A stretch of DNA of 64,000 bases from Chara braunii (GCA_003427395.1 BFEA01000037.1:140956-204955); one strand, 5' to 3'. Numbered from the stretch's first letter, positions 24,063 through 38,457 are shown. Notes: generated by a model from the sequence alone, not told the origin. A program made the numbers and translations.

Positions 24063-27000
24063 AGTCGGATCGCCCTGTCCGCGGCAGCCCCGCCTCTCCC
24101 CCACTCTCTCTATCTCGCTCGCTCACTCGCTCCCACGCCTGTTCTCACTTTCCAGCTAGAGTGCGCAGGTTTGTGTTCGTGTGACCAACGGGCGAGCTCG
24201 TCCAGTGCACTTGCGAGCGGTGGTGTGCTCTTCGCATTTCTCCGTGATCTGTTCCGACCGTGTTCCCATCTTTCCGTTCGAGCACACTCTCGATCTTCTC
24301 TATCACTCGGGAGCTGGCTTCAGCTTCATAGAGCCCAACTCCTGTGGATCTTTGGTCCAATCCCCACCTTAGGATGCAGTTCCCTCTGTCGCGCGTTCTT
24401 CCTTGCTTACTCACTCCCTGCCCCGCTAGGCCACGCAAGCTTTCCCCTTGCTCGTTTGCTGCTCACTGCTCCACACTCACTTCCTAGTGTTGGCAATCTG
24501 ATCCTAACTCACGCGCTTTATCACCATCTCCTGTTTGCGCTTGCTGTCTTCGCTAGTGCGCCCTCCAATCCGCTGCCTGCACGACTCTTCCCACTACCTC
24601 GCGCACTATCTTTTCGCTCTGTTCACTCCTTCGCAAGCTTTTTTACTCATATGATCTCTCGCCCTCGCTCACCGATCATCCCCACGCAGTTTCGTTCGAT
24701 AGCGGAAAGCTTAAGTTATATGAGCAAAATCAAATGTTTGAGTTCCCACTCGCGATTGATAGAGGGAAAGTCCCCCCTAGCACGTTTGTCCCTTGCCATA
24801 GGGCTATTGCCTCTCGTAACCGTGACCAGTCAACAAATCAGTGGCGATTGCCGCACACCAAACACACAGTCGACCACCAACAAGCACAAAACAAACTCGT
24901 CCACACCCTCGTCCACTCCTTCACTTGACAGGTGCTCGCACGTAGCAATATCATCACTTGCGATCTCCCTCGCTACGTGTATCTCATGAAGAAGGAAACC
25001 TTGCCCTTGAGTTCATCTGTGCATTCCTTCGGGTGCTGATTGAACCTCCCTATCATGTCCTTTAGGTGCACTAACGCAGTTGTTCGCTCCTGTTCGCTGG
25101 AACGTACGTTGTATGGGTACGTTCCGAATGCCCCAAATCCATGCTGGTGCACCTAGGGACCGACACACTTCTGTGTGTCAGCACCAGCAGTCCTCATTCG
25201 TCGATCCTTGTGGTTGGATGACCGCCAGGGGCAAGTCCCGATTCCTCCAATTGGCCCGTTGTTTGGCCTGCCCCTTTGGTGCACGATGTCCACCTTCGCT
25301 TGTGCGTGCGTTGGAGCGTGCTCTGGAGAAAGCTAGCACACACTGCCAGTTTCTCCGGTACCTCCCGGACCTCCCCTAAGAAGGGGCCAGTCCAGCTTAA
25401 GTACTTTGCTGGACCCAGCAGCAGCAGCCTCCACCCCACCAGAACCACCGAGAGTCGGGCACGCTGTCGAAAGACTTACAGCGCCTCAGTACCGTGGCAG
25501 AGAGCGAGCGTAGACCTGAGCCGGTTTCGGCCCTAAAAGGACCCAAGCAGGATCAAGCAGGCTCGGCTGTCAAGAAAACTGAGGCCCGATACCGTCCCAC
25601 TTCCAAGCCTAGTTTTAGAGCCCAGGCCCATACTTCGCTCCTTTACCATTATCGGGCCTGACCATCGAAGAACCCAAAATTTTATCCTTGTCCTCGTTTC
25701 TTCTCGCACGACTATCAAGGAGTAGACTTTTAACTTTCCCCCGACAATATTCCCACGCGTGTCCCCGAAGGCAGCAACTTCATTGTAAGCTCGTAGATTC
25801 CCACTCCTAGGTCGTTCGTCGGTCTGAATAAATTTACCACCCGTACGCCCGTCTCAGTAATTTTCGTGCTTCGATCATACACTAATTTCAACGCTGTTGC
25901 TGACATTTTCCTTATCCAAACTCGCGCCTCAACAGTCAGAATACTCTTTGTCTTGCGCGTCAGCTCAAGGTCTGGTGCACATTCCCCCTTCTTTCCCTCA
26001 CCTCTCCCTCGGCACCTTCGATTATTTGTCTTTTGTTGTAATTTTCAAATTCTCTCTGGTTATTGACAAGTTACCCATCTGCAGAAATTCCTTCCGCTAA
26101 GTTTGTCGAACCCGTTCTCTCAGCTTCCCGACTTCGACTTCTTCACATTCAACCTTGTTGCCGTCAAATCTCGATTTAAAAGGTGTTCAGCACGACTCTC
26201 GCGGTTGAGCTTAAACCTTGCCCGATGTTTTTCTCAAGGAAGTAAAGGGCGGCATAGGGCTTCAGTCGTCCGACAACGTACAAGGCGCTGACCTTCTTGA
26301 AGGCGCAAGAGCTTCTTGATCTATCTTTTTGATTAATCGACGACATACGTGTTAGGTTCTCACTTAGTCTTTCTGATTGCTATTTAGGACGGTTTATGTA
26401 TGCACACTTATTCTTTCTTATTGCTATTTAGGACAGTTTCTGTATGCATCGAATGGGTATCTTTCTCTCTTCCGGATGTCTGATCTCGCAGTGTGGATGC
26501 TTGGATGATAGTCTCTTTGTGTAGTTTCCTCGGTTGATCAATGGATGTTGCTCACATGCGCATGAAATGAAATGTATCGTCTCAAATTATATGCGTTTTC
26601 TCCATGGTTGTGATTTTGTATGGTAGTCGGAGTGAGATGCAGTGAAACTTCCTTCCATAGATCAGGCAGAGGAAGTTCCTAGCGAGTTAAACTCGTTGCG
26701 CCCTTCCACTTGCATGACGTAGGTGTGACTGTTGAGTGGTTTCGAAGTCTGTGCGACTCGGAGAAAGGAGTGCGTACGACACTCCCCTTACACACTTCAT
26801 CTCGCAAAGGAGCGGCGAGGGCGAGGTGACAACCGCATCCGTTCGCTGGCTCATTGCTGTGAATGGCAATGTGTGAGATAGATGTCTCCTTTGTTTTGTG
26901 TTAACTTTCAAGTTCCCCTCTGTGATATTTGTCAACACGTCTCGGTCTTCTGCTTCGGTATCGTACAAAGATCTTAGTCTATGTCCTGAGTTCCTATATA

Positions 27001-29537
27001 ACGAGGAACAATGTGTATGCAACTCGGATGTGCACGACCCTATAGCACAAGATCAGACGACCATATATCAATTCCCCTCAAAAACAGTGTTTGGTTTTGA
27101 TCAACTCTAGGTTTGTGATTGTGGATACAGCATTTCCCCGGTACTTGGTCTTCCTTTCGTGGTCCCGTGTCCGACTATAGCTTCCCATTGGCCCCACACT
27201 TTGTGTTGTGATTGGTGTCGTGTGCAACAACTAAGGGTGAGAGGGTATGACTACGTGCCACGTGGAAACGCGGAAGTTGCAAAAAGAGTCGCGTGGTTGC
27301 GCCCCTCTGATTCCAACTCTGAGCTCTACGAGACACGGCATCGGACGCTCATTCATAGTCGAGATCCGACTTACACGCCCGCACCATTTCGGGCAAGATA
27401 AAGGCGCCGCAGGGCACGGAACGATGTTCAACGATATTTTATGAATTAGATGGACATTGCGAGGAATGAGCCCAAGCGGGCCCCTTATCAGACATGCAAG
27501 TGTTATGGGCTGCGGCTCCCAACAACCCCGTGCCCGCCCTAAGTGAAGGTGACGCCTGAATATCCATGTGAGGCCTATTTTTGTCATTTTCCATATGTGG
27601 AGAATCAGACAGTTGCAGCAGACCAGTTTGGTTACAAAGCAATGTGAGCCTCCAAGCTCTTTCCAAAAGCAGTAGCTCCACTCTACACTTGAGCCCAGGG
27701 CTCAGGCAGTTACGCCCTGGGCACATGATGTGTGAGGCAAACACATCACGGACTGGCCATGGCCCAATGAGAGAGCCCCATTGTCGTCACACATACCGCA
27801 AGCCAATGAGAATGATGCGAACACTTTGCTGGATGGCTGCCTGAACGTGCCTAACTGCACGAGGCCCAGGCCAGTATCTGAAATTGGGCCTGGGCACAGA
27901 AACTTGGGGCCAGAGTCAAGCTACTGCGCGAGGCCCAGGCTAGTATCTCAAACGTGCCTAATTGCACAAGGCCCTGACCAATATCTGAAACTGGGCATCG
28001 ACGTTGGCACTCGAGTTCATTGTACTGTTGTTATTTGGATGGTATCTTGGTGCATTGTGCTCTTTGCTTGGTACATGATTGTCTGGACTACTTCGTGATT
28101 TTGCAACTCGGATTTTTGTCTATCGCTCTCGCTCATATTCCTTGCATTTCGGTATCGGAGCTGGTTGAATATTGCCATTACCGACGCTGGCGGCTTTATT
28201 ACTTGGTGCGCTGACGAAGCTTCTACGTAGTAAGGATACATTGGTGCTGGCTTGTGAAGCCATTCCCGGGAAGAGGGAGTTTGGCGGGAAGGTTGTGGCA
28301 ACAGCGTGGGAGTTGTGGCGACGGCAGGTGTCTGTGGGATGATGAGAACATGCTAACATGGCATTTTGACTGAGGTGGCACTCCATTTGATTGTGCATGG
28401 TACCGAGGCTATGACCGGTCATCAAAATGCGCGTTGGCTCAATTGGTGAGAACAATGGTTGGGGGCAGCTATCCTTATGTACGTTGTTCCCTTACCTCTT
28501 TTGGTTCAAGAATCGTGAACGCTCTACCTTGAGAGTCGACATTCTTCCTCATGGCCATTTGGAAGAAGAGGGTAGTGCCTTTAAAGGGCCCTAGTCAAAG
28601 CAAGGGTCACGGTCACCATGCCAACCCATGGGAGTAGAGCACGCAAGCTTTGCTGCTTTTTCCTCTTGCTGCGCCGTAGAGGGAACGTGGACTAGCTAGT
28701 TCTAGGAGAGAGGTGCACCAGACCGTCGATAAACAACCTCCGGCGGGGATCAGATATCTGGTTGTGATCGTCGTCCTGTTTGCGACATTAAATAATTCCC
28801 GAGGACTTCGAGGGCTGTTCTTATGCCTCTTGATCAACCAGATCATCGGATGTAAGACTCGTTGCAAGTGAAAATAAAAGAAGGGCAAAACTGGTCATAA
28901 CCAGGTGCCTGGGCAAAGGGTTGGGTCGTTGTGCACATGATAAACACCGTTGCTCAATGCTGCAATCAGATTTGTTGGATATAGGGGAGGGAAGGTTCCA
29001 ATTGATGTTTGAACACATTCAAGAATATTTCCATTTCTGCATATATCTGTGCACTTGATTTATTTCCATTTTTGATGTTCGACGCTGCTGTGAAAGAACT
29101 AGTCAAAGTAGGAATGGCTCAATTGCTTACTTTGTGTAAATGTCGCTGACACCATTTGATCAGTAGCCTAGGTGACTTGCCGAATATTTATTATTTTTAT
29201 TTATTTTCCAACTCAGTCAGACACATATGGTGGTACAACCCAGTGAGGGCAATAGTGTAGACAGTGATCTTCTTAATTGACGAGTGGATTAGGTAGTGTG
29301 GAGGAGAGATCTGAAGGTATAAGGGTGACATGTTAGGCATCACTTAGGATACCCATCGTGCACTAGACCTTACCACCCGAGGGCGAAAGAGCTATACGGG
29401 AGGAGGGAACTATTGAATGTTTCCAAAGGGATAGGGAAGCAGCAGCAACAACGAAGCGAGTACTGGCAGCAGCAACAACCACTGCTGGAATTATTGCTAC
29501 TTCCGCTGCTACATCTCAGGGTCAGCAGACACTAGGC

Positions 29538-31160
29538 ATGCCGTCCAATTCACCGGCTACGTCCAACGGGATGACTGCAGGCACTCCGTCCAGTCATATG
29601 GCGGGTTCGCAGTACAGTCAGCCACCTTCGCGCACCAGGGAAGTGACAACACTCCAACAGGTGGAGTTGATCCGCTTACGGTTGGAGAAGGAACTTAGAA
29701 AAGCTTTCGAAAGAGAAACAAAGATTAGAAATAAAAAACCCAGGTTAGAGAACAGAAGGGCAGACAAAGCTGCATTGTAAGGGTTAGATGACTCGGCCCT
29801 CGACGACACGACTAAGATCCTCAAGGCACGTATGTTGAGCATGCATGCGTATATGGACAGCAATTGGATGATATCCAAGACATCCTTGACCAGATATTGA
29901 GTGTCATGCAGGGGAAGGGAAGAAGTCCCTTCCACAACAGGCGGGCCTAGTATCCGGTCAGCAGCAGCTTCCATTACCGACGATCACAGGCCCATTTGTC
30001 CCTCAATTTGGCATCCCAGTGATCCCACCAAGTGGTACGTCAGCAGCAGCAACACAGACTGTTGCTTCTTCATCCTCAGGTCCAGCTGCTGCAGCTACGG
30101 GGCAGAAGGTCCCACAAATGGGACCACAGCAGCCTTGGTACCCCAAGACTCCACTGAAACCACCTCAGACCACCTCTGGAGACAAGAAGGATGAGGCACT
30201 CAACACTTGGTTGAGAACAGTTCCAGTGTGGGTAAGGGCACAAAGGACGTTGAGAGAAGAAGAGGTGATCACCACCGCCTCATATCTTGATGGTTCGGCA
30301 GCGAGCTGGTTAGATGGACTAGTGGCATCCAAGGGTTTCGGCAAATGAATGACCGGGCGCAGACCCACAAATTAGAGAGTTTCATGGAGTTAGTTGAGAC
30401 GCGATGGCACAACCCTCAACAGGCCCAGTCGACCACTGATGCGTTGACCCGGCTTGATACTAGGGAGTACAAGTCTGCGTGAGAGCTCACCACACTGCCG
30501 TAGAGAAGCTCATCGTCCTCCCTGGTGTCCACTATGATCCACATGTCCTCCTGACCATGTATCTCAAATGTCTTCCCACAAACATCAAGAACTTAATGGT
30601 CAATGAGGCAAGCATCGACTATCATGCTCTTGATTCCTTCAACAAGGAGGCCTTAGATTTGGATGCTAAGCTAGGAGGGAGCACAACAACCTGCAACAGA
30701 CGGAACGAAGAAGAAGACCCCACAAGAATGGAAGAAGAAGGGTAGTCGATTGATGATGGTTGGTTCCGATGGAAATCAAACCAGTATCAAATATCTTTCC
30801 AATCTTGTGGAAGAGACAGAGATAGGCAGCGAGGATAGTGCAGTGGGCGGCAACCTAACTGCTATAACCAAAGGCAAGGCAGTTCGTCGCTACATGGGTG
30901 ATCAGCAAAAGAGTCAGGGGCAGGCCCATAACTCAAACAAGACTCCAGCTTGGGTGAGGCCTGGCCTCGATCAAGATGTGTGGAGGGACCGATATTCGCG
31001 AGGAGCTTCCATCAACTGTGGCAAGTATAGCCATCAACAGTTCATATGCAAAAATGCAAAGGTCCCTCAGAAGATACCCCCCAAAGGTGGTTTTGGAGGG
31101 ACTTCCACCCAAGGAGGAGCTTTTACGAGTTCCACCTCGGGAAACACATATGACCAGTAG
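29538..31160 (+). pseudogene. gag: Family C gag
   Basis: LNTWLRTVPVW...ASYLDGSAASW capsid-like segment; degenerate knuckle SINCGKYSHQQFIC; several stops and frameshifts. Confidence 0.8.
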
Positions 31161-34100
31161 AAGTTACAGTTGCTTCTATTCATGCTGAAGTGGTTGACAT
31201 ACCCTCACCACTTCAAAAATTGGCCGAAGCCATTGACTTACTAGTCACCACGCAAATACATCGGACCAGACGACACTGTTTGTTAGGTGTATCTCAAGCC
31301 TTAAAAGACTTAGAAACCGAGTGGTCGACAAAGAACCCTCGTGAGTCTTGGGTGGCTTGTCAAAAGATCCTAGAGGGGAGCATTTCGTTGTGGAAGTCGG
31401 TGTAGGTGGCCGCAAGTGTGGTGCCTTCTCCATGCGAAACTTCGTAAGTCGCGACTACGTTGAGAGACTGCGTTGAGAGACTGCGCCTAGGGGACCGGCT
31501 GCAGCGCTTGAGTAGATCTGTAGCATCTACTCTAGCCAACAAAGACGCATGTTGGTCAAAGACTACGACAAGGACATGGTCTGCACCTTCTCCTATGGAG
31601 GAGGGAAACTTAATCATCAAATTTCGCTCCTTATTAGCAATGATTTGCCATTCGATATGTTGTTAGGTGTGTAGCACACCGAACATGTTCAGAGCTTTTC
31701 CGAACGTCCGAACATCTTCGGGTGTTCGGCTGAACGCCACCCGAACGTGTTCGGCCGAANNNNNNNNNNNNNNNNNNNNNNNNNNNNNNNNNNNNNNNNN
31801 NNNNNNNNTTTTTTTTTTAACTTGAGTTTGGTTATGAATTTGATCATCCCTCCAAGGCAAAAGTTGTTTGTATTATTATTGTACATCACATATATTTTTT
31901 TCAGATGTTTTGGAGAACTTTTTTTTTTTTTATGTTCGCCTTCGGAGAGTTTCGACGCTCGTTCGTGTTCAGTCACGCTAGCAGGTTGTTAGGTATGTAC
32001 TACCTCGAGGTTGCCTAATGGAAGGACTGTTAGCCTAGCTAAGTATAAAGCTAGCAGGTTAGTTAACTCCTATGGGTGCATGTATGCAACTGCGTTCTAT
32101 AATTACTATAAATAGAACCAAGAGGAGGGTGTGTACTTAGTATTCATCTCTAAGAAAGGGGAGGTCGTTAAATCACCCCCAGAGATAGAATTTGTCGTTG
32201 CTGAGTACCCAAATCTGTTTGGGGAGCCTTCAGGAGTCATAGACAAAGATCATCCCAAGTAGCAAGACACAAAAGGGGAGAATTTATAGAATGGTTTCGG
32301 ACGAGTTGGACAAGCTCCGTCGACAACTTAAAGAACTCACAAAGAAGGGTTGGATATGGTCTCGTACCTCCCCCTTCGGCTCACCAGTTCTATTCATTCT
32401 GAACAAGGGGGGGGACACTAAGGATGTGCATTGATCATAGAGGCCTCAATGCCATCACCGCGTCACATCGACGACCTTTCGGATAGGGTGCAAGGATGTA
32501 AGCACTTCACTTAGATAAATCTTAAATCCGGTACAAAACCGCATTTCACACCAGGTACAATTTGTACGAGTTTGTGTTGATGCCTTTTGGCCTCTCTGCA
32601 ATGCGCCGGGTACATTCCAGCACGCCATGAATAGGGTCTTTCATGACTACTCAGACAAGGTTATCCTTGTGTACCTTGACGATATCCTCATCTTTAGTAA
32701 GTCTGTCGGAGCATGCACAACACTTAGATTTTGTACTAGGCCTCCTTAGACAACATAAATATAAGATCAATCAAGAAAAGTGTGAATTCGAACGTACAAA
32801 GATCTTGTACTTGGGTCATGAAGTATTTGTGGAATAAGTGAGGCCTGAAGATGTGAAGGTGGCCAACATTCGTGTTTGGCCACGACCTCAGTCTGTGACA
32901 AAGGTCAAGTCATTCTTAGGGATGACCGACTACTATCGCAATTTCGTAAAAAACTACAAAACGGTGGCCGCCCCTTTGACTGATCTCACATGCCTCGACA
33001 CACCATGAGAATGGACAGATGAATGTGAGGCATCCTTCAAACGATTGAAGTATGCTCTCATGCATCACGAGATTCTCATGCTTCCCAACCTAGAAAAGCC
33101 ATTTGTTCTGACCACTAACACAAGTCAATATGGCATTGGCGCAATGCTGCCCCAGCAGGAAGGGAAGAACTTGAGGTCGATCGAGTACATGAGTAAGAAG
33201 ATGTCATCTAAGAAGTTGCGAAGTCCACCTATAAAAGGGAACTCTACGCCCTTTACAAAGCCCTTGGGTGTGGCAGAGTTGGAGCCGCCCTGCAATCGAG
33301 ATCTGCAACCTAGGCGCACTCAATAATTCCTTGCATCATAGGAGTGGCTGCATCCTGAAATCTATATTGCCAAGGCTCTGCAGCGTCCATATAAGCAATC
33401 TGCAATAACCATTCGTTTTTCATTTTGTATTGTATGTTCTCGTTTTGTTGATGGGCCCATAAGAGGTCGCGGGCTGCTTCACAAGTAGAGTAGAGAGGCA
33501 AGCAACGAAGCGCTTGTACAACATCTTCTATCAGAGAGCTAATCATCCGACACTCAAGTGGATCAAGACACAGCTTGTTCTCTACGATGCACTTAAACGC
33601 TGGATTGAAGTCATAGACCAATACGACTTTAAGCTAGACTGCGTGAAGGGAGCGTACAACAAGGTTGTTGATGCATTGTCACGCAAGGCAAACTACCTAG
33701 GTGCACTGATTTATGAGTTTGGCCTATCTGACGAAGTAACTCAATCATTGGTGGATGCTTGCAAGGAAGATCCCCTCATGATGGAAATCATACGCAAACT
33801 AGATGCTAAAGACAAAGCTACATCTATCGAGTTTGTGATGGTGGATGGATTACTCTTCCTTGAAAAGGCAAGGTTCAAAAGATTGCGTACGTCGTCTAAC
33901 GAGTTCTTGCGTAGGTCATTTTTAGGCGAGTGTCATGATGCTACTGGTCATTGCGGTCACAAGAAGACTTGTGCTAACATAGTGCGGCATTTTTGGTGGC
34001 CTAGTATGCTTGATGATGCAAGGAAGTACGTTCGGACTTGTAAAGCCTATCAGCAGGATAAGTCGCGTACCAAAGCCCCGCTTGGGTTATTGAAACCTTT

Positions 34101-35285
34101 GCCCATCCTTGCTGGTCCGGGACAAAGTGTCTCTATGGACTTGATGGACCAGCAAGAGTGGCAAATGACACATATTCATCATAGTAGACATGTTCACTAA
34201 GTACGCTAGATTAATCCCTATGCCAGAAACTGCTCAGACCAAGCACGTCATCAAGTTAAGCTACTTATGGATAACTGGGTGGGTGACTTTGGACTGCCCA
34301 AGACCATCGTTAGTGACATAAAGGTCTGATTCACCAGCGAGATGTGGAAAAGGGTTGCCGAACAGATGTGCAATCAACTCCAAATGACTTCGGGGGACCA
34401 TCCCAAAGCTAACAGCCAAGCTGAACAGATGAACTGCGTGATGCCGCACTTGCTGAGGCATTACATCAAGCCCAACCAAGATGACTTGGATGAGAAACTT
34501 CCTCTCATCGCTAGCCTGTACAATAACGTTGTAAACAGCACCACCGGTGTCATTCCCAATCAGTTACATTTGGGGTGGAAGCCTAGATCTGCACTAGACT
34601 TCCTCCCTTCTTGAAAACCGACCCACCTGCAACACCTGGAACCATAAGAGTTCGGTGTCCAGTATGAGAAACTGTTGCACCAGGCTGTCGACCACATCAT
34701 AATATCTCAGGAGGTCATGCTCGCCTTTGAGAACAAAACAGACGACAATCCACATTTCAGGTAGGGGAACGTGTCAGGGTAAAGGCTAGCGAATTAGGAT
34801 AGGGGTTTGAAATCTCTAGAAAGTTAATGCTGCAGTATTTCGGTCCTTGGGAAGTCTTGGATATTGTGGGTAGTGATTTAGATGGACCCTCATACGTCAT
34901 CAGAATCCCTGGTCATCTGCTCACTTACCCTATACTCCACGCTTCCAAGCTTGCACCTTTCGCTAACACATATTAGTTCCCATCAAGAAGATCAATGTTG
35001 CCCCCAACCATGGATGGCCATGTGGACATCGAGGACATTTTGGCACATCGAGACTTGCCTGTTCCCAAGCCTGTGGGCAGAGGAAGACCGCCCAAACCTA
35101 TGAGGGAGTCCCGGGTCAGATTCAAGCATCATACGGATCCAAAAGAAGATCGTTGGTTTACAATAGAGGAGCTGGTTAAGAGAGCACCTCGGATTGTGGT
35201 TGAGTTGAAGACTGAAGGGGAAAGCACCTGCGTAGAAGCATCTCAGCGGACTTTTAAAGCTAAGGGGGATGGAATGCGAAAATGA
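31161..35285 (+). pseudogene. pol: Family C pol with chromodomain
   Basis: LPFDMLLG, VYLDDILIF, QYGIGA, ECHDATGHCG...C, VSMD, HPKANSQAEQMN, DIEDILAH...RVRFK...EDRW. Confidence 0.9.
31672..31980. mobile_element. MITE-like insertion in family C protease region (contains N gap)
   Basis: Imperfect TAG...CTA inverted ends and CCGAAC/GTTCGG subterminal repeats; host sequence GTTGTTAGGTRTGTA appears on both sides (31659-31673, 31985-31999). Confidence 0.55.
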
Positions 35286-36994
35286 GCCACTATCAGACAT
35301 GCAAGTGTTCTCGGTTGTGGCCCCCAGCAACCCCATGCACGCCCTAAGTGAAGGTGGGTTTGAATATCCACGTGAGGTATATTTTTGCCATTTTCCATAT
35401 GTGGGGAATCAGACAGTTGCAGCACGCCAGTGGCTTACAGAGCAACGTGAGCCTCCAGGCTCTTTCCGAAAGCGAGGGCTGCGTTGTACAGTTGAGCCCA
35501 GGGCTCAAGCGGTTGCGCCCTGGGCACGTGTTGTGTCAGGCCAACACATCACGAACTGGCCGCGGGCCAATGAGAGAGCAGCATTGTCATCACACATGCA
35601 CCACGAGCCAATGAGAAAGCTGCGAACACTTTTGAGGTTGGGTGGTTGCCTGAACATGCCTAACTGCACGAGGCTCAGGCCAGTATCTGAAACTGGGCCT
35701 GGGAGCAAACACTTGGGGCCAGAGTCAAGCTATTGCACCCCCCCCCCCCCCCCCCCCCCCCCGCCTGGCGAGGCCAGCCAGCAGCAGGCACACTTTCCAT
35801 AAAGGAAAGTGTGTGCCCCAGAGGAGGGCATTTTGGCCTTGGTGGGCGATGCGGCCACGCTGCTGCACTCGCAAACAAGCAACTACATTAGCGCTGCGAA
35901 CCAGACGTGCGCACGGGCGCTGAGGTGAGAGGGGCGCTGCTGAGGCAGTGGGCACACGGCGGCCACAGTCGGGCTGCTGGGGCGCAACCAGGAGATGGCG
36001 ATGGTGGTCTTCAGGTAGGACGCGCATGCTGAGGGGAGTCAAGGTGTGAGGAGGGGAGGAGAGAGAACGTACCTGGTGTATGCTGGCAGCCGGCATTGGT
36101 GATGACATCACGTACATTGATCTTCAACTTCGATGTGATCCAGTAGCATGAACGTAGATAGGATAGATAGGCTCAGTAGTGTAGGCTGAGCGTTGGGCGC
36201 CAAACAGTAGGAGCGGCATTGGATACAGTGTTGGTGTGACCAGAGAGTGTCGGCATTAGCAGTCGACTTCATTGTATTGCTCTTACTTGGATGGTATCTT
36301 GGTGCATTGTCCTCTCTGCTTGGTACATGACCATCTGGACTACTTCTTGATTTTGCAAACTTGGATTTCTGTTTATCGCTCTTGGTCATATTCCTTGCAA
36401 CATTGTTTGCCCGCCATTTTTTTGTCTTTCACCCTTATTTTCCGACCATAACTGGAACCACACGGGACATTCCAGTTCCGATATGGAACTTCACACTCAT
36501 TTTTTCCTAAAATTTTGGCACACCCCAGTTGCATGCTTTCCACGTAGGGCGTGAGGTTGAGTGTCGCATACCGTAACGGTACCGACCAGAACAAGAACCG
36601 ACCTCTCTCACATAGTACAAGATAGCACAACAGAAGGCTTACATACCAATGATCCGAACAATCAATGTCGCCATGCAGACCAAACATACATCATCATCAT
36701 TCCATGGTGTGAAGGGGTCTGGCGCTCACACAGGAAGAAGGCACCAGTCCCCATCTATACACAGACGAAGAAGAGGAGACGAAGCAGACGGGAAGATGGG
36801 AATATCGTCAACACCAAGTCTTCGGTCCAGTCCCAAATAATCCCTCGTCAAATGTCTGAATCCCAATGTCGAGTTTGGATCCAAATGTCGTCAAGTCCCC
36901 CAAAGTCACCAATCTCTCTCTCTCGTAGTTTGCAGATACTGAGAAGTCAGGTAGCGAGAGGGTGAGGAAGAGATGGACTTAGAAGAGGAAGAAG

Positions 36995-37036
<42 letters not shown>

Positions 37037-37768
37037 ACTAACCTGTGAAGGTGGCCCCTTGTTGCAGGTACATCGAAGACGAAGCTAGAGCTATTGTGCC
37101 ACAGGTAAGTCTCCCTGGCCTTCGTCAACCATCTCTCTCTCTCTCCAACGCTACTCTACCTCCTACTAGCGCCCGACGTTGAAGACTATTGCTAACGCTA
37201 CTACTCCTGCAGCGCTCCTCTAGAGTGCTGCTACCGAATCCTGAAGACTACCTCCTGCCTCCTGCAGGTGAAGTGCCTGGGAAGTTCCTATGAACTGCCT
37301 CCTGACTCCCCTGCAGCCTGTAGGGCAGGCCAATCTTATATAGTGTTGGCCCGTCAAGGAGGTTGCTCTTGCCAATGCAAAAACATGCTAGACCAAACAA
37401 AGGTTGTCCTGAAAACAGGCCCAAAATGGCCTATGCTAAAACCCTAGTCTGGTGCCTAAGTTTCAAGGGAGGTCAACTTTATGAGGGCCTGAAAATGACC
37501 CTCGTTTTCAGGCTTTAGGCTGAAACGACACAGGGCCTGTAGGCCCTCGTTTTCAGGCTTTTAGGCTGAAACGAAACAGGCCCTACACCTACGGAACCCT
37601 AGTCTACCATGTTGGGCCCTGTTGGGCCCATGTGGTACTGAGTATGCCACATTGAGCCTCACACTACATTCTCATGCGGGAATGCCAATCCTTACAGGTT
37701 CTTGCAGTTTGTGTGCAGGGGACCCTCTCAAAATCATTCAGAATTTGAAGACATGGTGTAGTGGAGCG

Positions 37769-37812
37769 ATACCTTTCTCGGCCTGTTGGCTTAGATCAAG
37801 TGTAACATGTTC
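37769..37812 (+). pseudogene. U2: U2 snRNA 5' fragment
   Basis: ATACCTTTCTCGGCCTGTTGGCTTAGATCAAGTGTA versus plant U2 start ATACCTTTCTCGGCCTTTTGGCTAAGATCAAGTGTA (2 mismatches); similarity fades right after. Confidence 0.85.
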
Positions 37813-38183
37813 GAATGAATTCCATATTGATCCATGGTCAATTGCACTGACACACAAGGGGAAAAAAATGTTCACAAAGACAATGCAGAGGTGGCAGTGG
37901 GTGCAGCTCCAAGGATTAGTCCTACATGGTCTCCACACGCCCACCCATATCCATACTTTACCTATAGGTTAAGCCAGACGGTCTGCGGATAGGCACTAGC
38001 ACACCCATCCAGAACTGGGAGGATAGCTGACAACACTATTTTTAAACACCCTTATCCACGCTCGGGCAACAAGCGTTCAACTCCCCCTGTTCCCTCTAGG
38101 AGAGTAGTATGATAAGGGTTCCCTTTAACAATATTGCTACCGTCGTTCTCCTAAACGTAACGCACCCTCATCACGACCATAAC

Positions 38184-38457
38184 TGCTCAGGAAGATGGCT
38201 TGCATGCATTCATATTCAATGTGTGTTGTGTTCAAGGGAAGAGGGTAGCAGTACCTTAGCTGGCACTGTCCGCAAAAGTTGTCCTGCAAAAGTTATCTCA
38301 CCCTTATTTGCAAAATATTGCTCAGGAAGATGGCTTGCATGCATTCATAATCAATGTGTGTTGTGTTCAGGGGAAGAGGGTACTAATACCTTAGTTGGCA
38401 CTGTCCGCAAAAGCTAAGGTCCTGCAAAAGGGATCTCACCCTTGTTTGCAAAATATT
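38184..38457. repeat. Tandem duplication of about 135 bp
   Basis: TGCTCAGGAAGATGGCTTGCATGCATTCAT...TTTGCAAAATATT occurs twice. Confidence 0.85.

Larger units (their letters stand above)
27458..36399 (+). mobile_element. Full-length decayed chromodomain Gypsy family C; LTRs 27458-28146 (internally deleted) and 35275-36399
   Basis: TGCGA...CCTTGCA termini; 4-bp TSD ACAT; PBS-like CGGTATCGGAGC at 28150-28161; purine tract AAGGGGGATGGAA before the 3' LTR. Confidence 0.92.

Noticed and set aside
24012-24989. 325-aa ORF
   Set aside because: Leu/Ser/Ala-rich translation of C/T-rich DNA starting in an rRNA fragment; no recognisable domain.
36560-37696. LTR-like segment (minus-strand TATA near 37340, short repeats)
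   Set aside because: No TSD, partner LTR or PBS identified, so boundaries cannot be supported.
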